From positions 71,858,001 through 71,922,000 of the forward strand of contig OZ024747.1 in the NCBI GenBank assembly GCA_964016885.1: a stretch of DNA of 64,000 nt, written 5' to 3'. The stretch's first letter is position 1. Each line of letters opens with the position of its first letter. Shown here piece after piece: positions 52,486-64,000 of the stretch. A program made the translations under genes and the position numbers. Origin of the DNA: Eledone cirrhosa (lineage: Eukaryota). The notes under the pieces were generated by a model. The model was not told the origin of the DNA and made no database searches. It saw nothing but the letters and a program-made list of their open reading frames with translations.

Positions 52486-52706
52486 GTCTAACAGATCAAA
52501 CATTTTAAATAATTTTAGATTATCTTAAAATATTGCTTTGGTTATTGAAAAATTCTGCTTAGATATATTTCGATATAGATTGAGTACTATGTTTTATTAT
52601 GCCTTTTAGATCAACCATGGCCGGCATAATTTCAAAATATATACATTTCTTACATTAATTATCATATTACTTAAAGATTTATCAAAGACTTTATAGAATC
52701 TAACTA

Positions 52707-52788
<82 letters not shown>

Positions 52789-52982
52789 TAAATATATATA
52801 TATGTATGTTTATATATATATATATGTATTCGATCGGTTATCTAGGTGTCACATTTTATAACTACGGTGTTTAACTCTGGACTTATTGTTTGCTTTTAAC
52901 TTTCGATCCATTGAGTGCTCTGTGATAGCCTCAAAACAAATCAAATTGCACATGTTGTACTGCAGTTAAAGTTCGATTTACA

Positions 52983-53031
<49 letters not shown>

Positions 53032-53149
53032 TACACATATTTGCATTCATAATAAAAATATATAACAAGTTACGCACTAAGGCATCGAAGTATATACTAA
53101 AGTTATCTCTCTCTCTCTCTATCTCCCTCTCTCTCTCTATATATATATA

Positions 53150-53214
<65 letters not shown>

Positions 53215-53540
53215 CAGAGTTAGTCGTGTATATAAATTTACTCATTTTTAGTATGTAGACATACAAACATGCCAAATATACATATTTCCTTGTAAATAGA
53301 AAAATCTTAATTAACTACTAATGTGAGCACTAATAATATGCAAATTAGCATCTCTATTTCAGGAAACTACTATAAGTAATAAGGTACGTAAGCCGCTCAC
53401 TTACGTATTGTTTAGAGGATACACATAGTTTCTAATGAGGAACGCAACTACGTTCAAAATAAGATTCAATATATTTATCATTTCTTTTTCAATTTGCAGG
53501 GAAATACGTATATTTGGTATGTTATGTCTCGGTTACCACT

Positions 53541-54426
<886 letters not shown>

Positions 54427-54526
54427 CAAAGCGCTTGACTGAAGAAGCATTAAGAAAATTAGAAATTTGAAATGTGTGCACCCTAATGCAAATGACTATG
54501 ATAATAGTAGATGCCTATAAATAATG

Positions 54527-54735
54527 GTTTCTTATTTGGCACAAGGCCAGCAATTTGGGAGGGGGAGTGGAAAAGTCGATTAAATTGACCCCAGTGCATT
54601 ACTGGTTCTTTATTTTATCGAGCCCGTAAGGATGAAAGGCAAAGCTAACTTCGGCCGGATTTGAACTCAGAACGTAAAGGGCCGCAACTCTATGCTGCAA
54701 AGCATGGTGTCTGGCGCTTTACTAATACTGCCAAT
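54527..54735 (-). mobile_element. SINE (reverse, longer variant)
   Basis: Matches the SINE consensus. Confidence 0.8.
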
Positions 54736-54893
54736 CAATGAAAGAGAAAATTGGGTAGAGTACCGCTGTGACGGAAAATATTGGACAGAGGTATCTTTTT
54801 TCCATATCCAAGAATACTTTACTCGATTTTCTGCTCTATTGTTTATAGTGATCGACTTTAATTATGGCCATTTGTGTTGGGACGCACACATGT

Positions 54894-54931
<38 letters not shown>

Positions 54932-55649
54932 TATCCCAGGTTCAATCGAGGGTAACCACAGTAAATAAGGTGCTCAATACATAGCAGAGTATAAATATTT
55001 AATATAGGAATGGCTTCTACAGGACTTCTTGATGATTTCTCCGGAATGAAACAGTTCTAGTTCTGTTGAAGTGATTTCTATATTAAATATATAAATATAT
55101 ATATATATATATATAAAGATGTATGCATGTATGTTTGTATGTATGTGTATCTATGTATGCATATGTGTATGTATTATCTATGTATGCATGAATTTATGTA
55201 TGTTTGATTCATGCATTTGTATTTACAGTTTGACTTAGATCTACATTACTTAATAGTTTCTCTGATGCCAAAGCATATCTGATAGTTCAAATTCTGAGAT
55301 ACTAAGTGGTGATCTAGCCTTGACTTCAAAATTAGGCAGGTTGGGTACAGATTGCTTCTCCTATTAGCCAGTTGAGGTGGCATCAATGGGCTAGTAATAG
55401 AATGACTGGTAGGTGCTATAGCAATCACTATGACATATACCATGACAATCAGCTATATTTAGAACCGATGGCTGCTATACTACAGAGTTTCAATGCATCA
55501 AGTAATCGGGCGCTCTATTTACGTCTGTGAAACTGTAAGCAATAAAGATTTAAATCAAGATATTAATATAAATATTTAACCCTTATCACATGTGGTGAGT
55601 GCCTCTTTTCTTTTGTTTGTATACCTATCTGTATGTCTTCTTGTCACTG

Positions 55650-56830
55650 ATGACTTCCAAGATGACTATTCAGTACAGCTAGTGACTTACAATCCATGCT
55701 ACAAGTTGGACATTTCAGCTTATCTGATTAACTTTCTTCATTTGGTTGGCATGCTTTGAAATGGCATTTTAACCCATTTTCAGAACAGCACTCTTTCTTG
55801 CACAAACCACATGCAAAATCAATCGGAATATTATATTGGTTTTCAGCATCATGCGTAGCACAGTGCCGCTCATGTCTAAGTAAACCCAATTTTGAAAGGC
55901 CCATACAATCACAGACTTTGCAAGATAATGACTGTTTGGAAGCCTTTTTTTAAAGTGGTATTACAGCCTCTCTATGTCGAGCAGCACATTTCAATTGAGA
56001 ATATGCGAGTCACTTGGTCACGAACTCCTCAACAGCATTGGCAATCAGACTTCACCGTTAACTGTTTGGTGTTTGGGTGTCCCGGCTACTGATATAAATG
56101 TTGGTTTCTTTAGTGCATCATTCAGCCAATTTTTATATCTTCCGTTGGCTTACATTGTAAACGCGTTCCCTGATTCAGCCCACAATACAATACTTGGTAA
56201 TCGAATGTCATCCATGCGTACTATGTAAACAGACTATATAAAAGATTATTTCAGTGCCATGGTCTCCACCCTTGAACTCAATACAGCACTTCTGTATCTG
56301 GTACTAAAGACTTCCCAGGGATTCTTATAATGTACCGCAAGTACTGCTGGTAGAAACGTTCCACACACACTGAATATATCAACTATGATATATGCTGTTC
56401 ACACCTCGTACCCACATAACAATGCTGTAAGCCCACATACCTGATACACATCTATTTTGTGGTGGCTTTGATATCTAAATGTAACCAAAGCCTTTTTCCA
56501 AACTTTCCATATGTATCAGCAGCTTTTGAAATCCTGTAGATGATTTCTTTATCCTGGGTACTGAATCGCGAAAGTATACTACCGAAGTATACAGACTTAT
56601 CCCCAACCTTTAAATGTTCCACTCAATATAAATGGTATAAATAGCCAGCCATGTGCTGGTTGGTACACCACAACTCTTAATCCAAACACATTGCATACAG
56701 CAGAACAACAGTCAAACAGTATCTGCAAGTTAGTCTTAGTGTAACTACATCGCTATCATCTTCGTATGGAACATTTCGAATCAGTGTATTGAACTTCTTT
56801 GATGGTGCAAGAAATCAACAGATGTAAAAC
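55650..56830 (-). mobile_element. Degenerate RTE-BovB-like LINE 3' half
   Basis: Minus strand LQILFDCCSAVCNVFGL and the C-terminal LSKLGLLRHERHC. Confidence 0.6.
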
Positions 56831-57312
56831 CGTTTCTCTGTCATTTGATATCGCGTGTAAACGCTTTTTTTAACACAACAGCAAAAAGTATATCAAAGAA
56901 AGCGGGAACAATTTTATCGCTCTGCTGTATTCTTTTTTCAATAAAGACCGGTTCTAACAATTCTCTGTTAAAATAAACTGGTGCTTTCATGTCGTCATGT
57001 GATGATCAGATGAAATTTACGAACTTTTTAGAGTAGCCGGACTACAGGGGTAAGATTATCCAAAGAACCTCTGTTAACAGTATAGAATGTCTTTGGAGTG
57101 GAGGGTCTATGAACTACTAATAGAAGTCAATGTGTTGTTCTATATAGCTCTTTTAAAATTGACAAGCTATGAACATCATGTCTATTGTCCCACTATTAGG
57201 ACAGGAACCATACTTTGATTCAGGTAACATTTGTAGAGCTATAGATATAAGCAAGAGATAAAGAATGTAGCTGGCAGAGACTTTATCTACAATTGACAGT
57301 AAAAATGTGAAA

Positions 57313-57400
57313 GTGTGTGGCTTAGTGGTTAGAGAATTAGATTCGCAATCGTGAGGCTGCGAGTTCGATTCCCGGAGGGTGATGCGTTGTGTCCGTTATT
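57313..57400 (+). mobile_element. tRNA-like SINE head
   Basis: tggcttagtgg (A box) ... gagttcgattcc (B box); no acceptor stem seen. Confidence 0.55.
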
Positions 57401-57537
57401 TCATACTGCTTTCTGCGAGGAGTTGCGACCGGTAGGTAGTATCTGCAATGGAAATATATATAGTTCAAAAGAGGATCAATAACAATAGTCATATTAGATT
57501 CAGCTTGAAAAGAAAAAATGAAAAGTTCAACGTATCG

Positions 57538-57646
<109 letters not shown>

Positions 57647-57888
57647 TTATGGGTATAAAAGATACAATTTCTCACAAGTACTGGCCAGATTCCTCTCAAT
57701 AGAATAACATTGGATTTTGTGACTTGTGAGTTCTCTTTCTCAGAAAAGTAGCCATTACCAGTAGCTAATATATATGCGTGTGAGTGTGTGTGTGTATGTG
57801 TGTAGTTGTATGTACATATTACATATTTAAATATATCTGTAAAATATTTCTTTATACAGGTAAAACAAGAGTATATATTATATGTATG

Positions 57889-57944
<56 letters not shown>

Positions 57945-57948
<4 letters not shown>

Positions 57949-58148
57949 AACGAGTAGGATCCCGACGGCTGAGCTCAAGCCGTTTCGACGGCTAATTCTG
58001 AACTAAATTTAGTCCAGAATTAGCCGTCGAAACGGCTTGAGCTCAGCCGTCGGGGTCCTACTCGTTCCTATTACCCACTCTACTACCCCAAGTATTGAGT
58101 ACTTTGGTGCGTTATGGTCCATCTGGTTCCTTACCACAATTCCTTCGT
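57945..58148. mobile_element. TA-embedded fold-back element, second copy
   Basis: 63-bp arms 57945-58007 and 58008-58070 (2 mismatches, no loop); unique arm to 58148; (TA)n flanks. Confidence 0.78.
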
Positions 58149-59125
58149 TATATATATATATATATTATATATATATATATAATATATATATATATATATA
58201 ATGAATATATCAAGTGCTGTAGATGTAAACAAGTAAAAATCACTTGTAATATATATAGTATTGTCTTTATATTTATAATGATGCATCTGTGAGACCAATA
58301 TTTCAAAATGTATCCAAGAAAAAGACACAAATAAATTGCTTGCAACTCTTGAGCCAACACAAAGGTGTATTTTCCTACTATCTACTGTAATTGTTACTTT
58401 AACAGCCTCTGTTGTGGTAGGCACTTAAACATACTCAACATATTATACCCTCTTTCAATACCTTATACTAAGTCATGTTCAAAGCATTCTATCCTACAAC
58501 TAACTCTGCCATGCTATCTACATATTCACAGTACCTAACTAACTAAATATTTATCGTAACTCTCCTACAATTTCAACTTGGGAGAGTTCTTAAATTCAAT
58601 GGTTGTGCACTATCTTCTTAAATAAAGACTATGACAAACGGCTTGTCATCAAGAGCAGCTACACAATTAATGAAACGTGATCAAATAATCTTTTGTTCTC
58701 GTTTCTTATTGTAATTTATCAACGTAAAAGATAAGAGGATTCAAACAGAGATAACATATTTAAATATATAACGTTTATATTGCGCGAAAGTTGTTGTTGC
58801 TGTTGTTTTGTTTGTTTTTGTGTTTTTTTTTGTTTTGTTTTTATCTTGAAATAAAGTTGCCACATCTTGTACAAATCTTGACAAAATTTGGCACATAAAT
58901 CAAGTTCCATTTGAGAATAATCCATGAAAAAACAACCCTGAGTCCGATGTCTCTCTAGGGTAAAACAATGAGAATTCAAGAAAGGAGATGGAGAAAAACT
59001 GAGAGTTCTAATGCAGTGGGAGTGAGCGAAAGAAGAAACACTGATAGTTAAGGAGGAGATTTAGTGAGAGGTAAAGAAACGTCATTTTATGATGTCAAAC
59101 TTTTTGTTTAGCTTCTCCTATCGCT

Positions 59126-59250
<125 letters not shown>

Positions 59251-60189
59251 ATGTAGGCGTATGATTAATTGTGAATGAGTGTGTGAGGTTATGGATGTAT
59301 GTGTGTGTCACTGACACTAAATGTATGTTTATTAATTAGCCTGTATGCAAAGAATTACATACAAACTTGCTATAAGTTAAGTCTAACAAAAAACTTTTTC
59401 TACATATTCGGCACCCGTGTAACGCTGAGTACCACTGCTAGATTAAGTATATGCAGCAATGTTTATCCGGATTTAATAATAAGCTTTATACAGATTGCAA
59501 ATTGTCTTCAGAGAATAATTATAAAGTATTGTTCTTTGAAAATTCTAATCTGATTCGATCTTAATAAAGAAATTGAAATTATATCAAGTGTTGCGTTAAA
59601 AATGATTTGTAAGTTGTGTCATATTTCAGAATATAATTTTTTGTAAGTGAAAACATAATCTCTGTGACGTAATTACCAAACAAAAAAAGCTAACTTTCAA
59701 ATATATTACTTTGATATAGTATTTCCGCTTGATCATTGCATGAAGAAGAAAAAACGGAAATTTGAAATTTACAAATTGAGAAAAAAGAATTATGATCGGG
59801 AACGTGAAGCGGCCTACAAATGAAACAGGCTCGACCTCTGCTTTGCTGATGTCCATCGCCCTCGCCTCTCTGTAGACGTCCACCACCACCAAAAAGAATG
59901 GGATACCATCCAATGCAACATGACCTCAGACAGGTTTGTGCGCCGGCTCAAACAACACTATCTGGCATATTTTCGCTCGGCCTCCCAACAACCACTGTGG
60001 CGCCTAGCTCAACACATACCATCACTTTCGATAGGCACTCAGCTGGACAGTGAGTGCTTGTGCATCGGTGTTCCTTGAGGCTCGGCCTCCGTATCTGTGA
60101 GCTCACAAATGCCGCTGCCGTTCCACTGTGGATCGTTTTCGTCTCTACTGTCATGCCATTATAGTACTTGCCGTTTCCCGCACAAGCAC

Positions 60190-60310
60190 TATAACACAGG
60201 ATTCCTACCTAGGACGGGCTGCTGACGATCTGATTTTAAGGAGGGGCTCGGTAGTACGGGGTTTGGGGACGCATGAGGTCTCGACGGTGAGCGGAGCGAA
60301 AAGGAAGCGG
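60190..60310 (-). mobile_element. CRE-like C-terminal fragment
   Basis: Nucleotide homology to 34760-34868; RFLFAPLTVETS..PRTTEPLLKI. Confidence 0.55.
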
Positions 60311-62164
60311 TATTATGAAACTGTGAAAAAAGTGTTTCATTGCCAAATAATTACCTTAGATATTTTAGCTTCTCAGTTCGTTAATATCAGTATCTTACTT
60401 TGAAAAAATAATATTTAAATGAAACAAAAAAAGTTAAAGAAAAGCAGAAAATAAAAAGAGAATTAAACAAAGGAGGTGACGGACAGACTCTACTCCCCTC
60501 CCCGCCCCTAGTCTAAGTGGTGATTCAGCCTTGCCAAGCAGACATTGCCACTTTTAATGTTGAAATCTCTGCAGAGTGGACGTATTTTCTAGAAGCAAAA
60601 ACAGAAATTATAAATCCATTAAAATAGCAATGCAAGAAAAATGAGAAACACGAAATAAATGTAGAACAATCAGTGTAGATGTTACCATTGCACGAACAAA
60701 AAGATTATCTGAAATATATCATATAAAATTAATCTCCTTCGTTGTTAAGAAAGATATATTCATAAAAATATGGGGAAAAAATCTAATATATTTTACGTCT
60801 TTCGAAGCCAGAAAACATTTATTTGAAATACTTCCATCCAAATACACACTTTATATTTCACATAATGAGGTTTCAGATTTAACTTTTTGTTGGAACTATT
60901 AACATAAATAAACTGAATAATTATTGATTTTATCTTATCTGTCTGTCTCTTACTTGAATACACCAGATGACAAAATTGATTTTTAAAAATAACTATTACA
61001 GAATTACCTAAAGGTGTATGACAATTGTGATATAATTGCAAGATTAATGGTTTAGATTATCCTTATTGATTAGATTCTGAATTTTCCAAAGTATAATATT
61101 ACAATGTTTATTGCAAACAAGAAATAAATTTTTACTCAATAATGCTATCTATTATTATATTCACAACTTTAGAGACAGAAATCTGTAAATAGCATTATCC
61201 ATATATTAAATACGATAGTGATCCCAAAAGCCGTTGATTACCAACGAACTGTTATGGTGATATTCCTTTGAAGTAAAAATGGCGAACTAAATAATTTTGT
61301 AAACCCACACTAGTTTATAATATAAATAACAAATGATAAATGCGGTTCAATCACAAGAGAATCTTAAACTCCTTATGAAAATATATATATATTTGGTTTG
61401 CAAATAGGTATTTCCTTTCGATTTGACATTAAGAATCGGATTTTAGATAGTTTTTAGAAATCGAAAGGAATTATGAGTAAATCCTTAACAAAAAGTGTAT
61501 TCTTTGCAAACGATCGTAAAATCTTCGGAGATAAATCTCAGTGTAATGTCCTATTCAGCTGTGCAGTATACATATGCTTTGATTTGTGACTATTTCAATG
61601 TGATTAGATGCATCTGTTTTAGATTAAATCGATGAAGTGCCTGCTTTCTTATCCTAAGAACTGATTTGTAAAACTGTTATTATCGCTTTCTTTCATTCCA
61701 GCCGCACCCATCTAGAATCCAGTTAATATATTCACACATTTAAAAGCAAGAAATGGTGAAGCGGCACTTCAGTAGTAGAAGTGGTTATTAATTGAAACTG
61801 TGCAGACATATATCTAAAATGTTTCGATTATTTTATTGGCACTCAAGCATAACTGTTCCACAAAAGCATTGTTAACATTAATATTTAAAAAGTAAAATAC
61901 AAAATAAATATTTTCTTTTGTATAAGCCAATTTTGAAGGAGAAATACGAATAGTATATATTCAATTGAATTAATCTAGTGCGTTATTGATACATATTTAA
62001 CAAATTTCAGGTGAGCGTGCTAGAAGTGTTAAATGAATCTTAGTGGAATTAACTCTCAATCTACGGTGCAAACTCTACAATAAGTATCGGCTACTCTTTG
62101 ATAGTTTGGGGGTTGAACCCGTGACAGTGGAGACTTCTGGCATTCTTTGACTCCTCCCCCTCCT

Positions 62165-62295
62165 CTCCAGACCACGTCCCTACTCACTACTATCGAAGCA
62201 GAGTTGGCTATCCGTAAGTGCGATCCCCACGAGGTGGAGAGGCTATTCCAGCGCGTCTCCATCCTCATCCTCCTGCCAATATCTTCTCCACTAGG
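62165..62295 (+). mobile_element. CRE-like C-terminal fragment
   Basis: SLLTTIEAELAIRKCDPHEVERLFQRVSILIL. Confidence 0.55.
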
Positions 62296-62454
62296 ACAAC
62301 GAGGCGGACTGACCTTTAAATTTCATTTATGGTGGTTGTATGTGGAATAAATTTGCTTACGTTCTATTGAGATTCAGCAATTATTTAAGTGGGCAAATTA
62401 GAAAATTGATGTTCATGAACTACAACTACTAATACTACTACTACAAATAATAAT

Positions 62455-62570
62455 TGTTTCTACTTTTGGCACAAGGCCAGCAATTATCCAGTGCATTACT
62501 GGTACTTTATTTTATTGACCCCATAAGGATGAAAGACAAAGTTAACCTCAGCAGAATTTGAACTCACGAT
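62455..62570 (-). mobile_element. SINE, 5'-truncated
   Basis: Matches the SINE 3' half. Confidence 0.8.
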
Positions 62571-63279
62571 CGGTCCAAAATAATATTATTGGTTTCCGTA
62601 CGAGACCAGCCAAGTGATGAAAAAAACCATAATTTTCAGCACGGAACAGACTCTTCAGAACCGCTGTTCATCCTCCCTTAATCCCCCGAAAAAATTCAAA
62701 ATGGCTTTTCTCAAAATTTCAAAATTTTTTTACAGGAAAGTGAAAGTTAGATGTCAACTTAGCTAGAAGCAATGACAACAGGTTTATAGTAGTGATCACA
62801 TCACATACAAAAACAAACGCAACACCTCATCCCCACCTCGTTGTTATAGCCACAAAGTTAAAACTTTGATGAAAGAAAATACAAAAACAGCAACAACACT
62901 AGCAGCCCAAGTGACTTCAAAAAGTAAACATCAATCTATTTATAGACTGATGTTACTGACCTTAAAACGAAGGAAAAAAAACGACAAACAACAACAAAAA
63001 AACCGCCATCAAACAATTATAATGATACCCACGCCGTCGCCACTATCACCACTACCACAGAAGCGTTTGAAAAAAGTAACAATTTAAAAAAATGATAATA
63101 ATGATTTCATCATTAACCATACAGGGCTCACACCAAGAAAACATTAAAGACGATACAAAAATCTTTAATGGTAATAGTGATAGTTAGTATCACATAAATC
63201 GCTTCAAGTCTAGTGATGATATCATGTTAAAAATACTGGTGTTAGTGCAACCTTAAATTCACTAATCCTCTTTATGAGT

Positions 63280-64000
63280 TCTTAAATGTTGAACATAAAT
63301 AGTTCAAATAATGGTGAACAGGAGACTGGAACTTCATGTGAAGGACTTTCACCCAACAAGTGCTCCTTGTCCCAGCAACAGGGATCCAGCTGTCATCCAA
63401 ATACTGCTGATGTTGGGGGAAGAAGAAGGAATGAGGCAAGAACCAACTAGGCGAAGGAATTGAATAAAACTGAAATGAAATGTTATCTGAAAAATGATCC
63501 CACTAAGAAAGTTTATAGGAAACGAATGCAAACAATCTAGCACAATATTGGTCTATTTAAATTAGGTGAACAAAAACTAGTGGGTCAAGAACTAATGGAT
63601 GGATAAGCGAGATGGAATTGGAGGAACTGAGTAGAGAGATTAAGCTGGAAATGGAAAGTGGAGTAGATCAGATAAATGAGCCTGTAGAAAGTAGAGTGAA
63701 TCAGGCAAATGAACCAGTAGAAAATGAGGTGAAGTGGTTGGGAAACCTGAGGAAGTAACTGTTCAATGATTGCTTGGTGTTGGGTGAAGTAGACCAGTGG
63801 TTGACAAAAGGTACCACTGTTTTAATAATGAAAGACAAAGCCATGATGTTACCAACTATAGGCCTATCACATCTGTCCTTGATTTGGAAATTGATAGCAA
63901 GCATTATGTCTGACGAAACTACCACCACATCGACATAAACAACTTATTGCCAGAGGAACAGAAAGGATGCCAAAAGAAGTCCTGTGGTAGAAAAGACCAG
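63280..64000 (+). mobile_element. Degenerate R4/Dong-like RT, different family, running off the window end
   Basis: QWLTKGTTVLIMKDK, NYRPIT, IWKLIASIMSD, NNLLPEEQKGCQKKSCGRKDQ. Confidence 0.75.

Noticed and set aside
57313-57400. tRNA gene
   Set aside because: A/B boxes are present but no acceptor stem or cloverleaf is evident; treated as a SINE head.

Overview
This is repeat-rich, AT-rich eukaryotic (metazoan) DNA. The SINE and microsatellite content looks like an octopus or other cephalopod, but that is inferred, not verified. The only host gene I can support is the 3' part of a vesicular GABA/inhibitory amino-acid transporter (VGAT/SLC32A1/unc-47): two exons, 48730-48929 and 50828-51842. 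Its N-terminal exon was not found. The dominant structure is a ~13-kb head-to-tail array (19003-32050) of five near-identical copies of an R4/Dong-like non-LTR retrotransposon (RT + CCHC finger + restriction-like endonuclease). Each copy sits in, and is separated by, (CATA)n/(CACA)n microsatellite and ends in the same AAAA|CATA junction. A diverged relative at 9651-9890 has the same kind of junction. Diagnostic SNPs show a 5029-bp tandem duplication whose central copy is a chimera with an uninterrupted 1009-codon ORF, built from two defective copies. The rest is decayed RTE/BovB, CRE-like, R4-like and AcademX-like fossils, tRNA-derived SINEs, hAT and Tc1/mariner MITEs, TA-embedded fold-back elements, a 35-bp minisatellite and many microsatellites.
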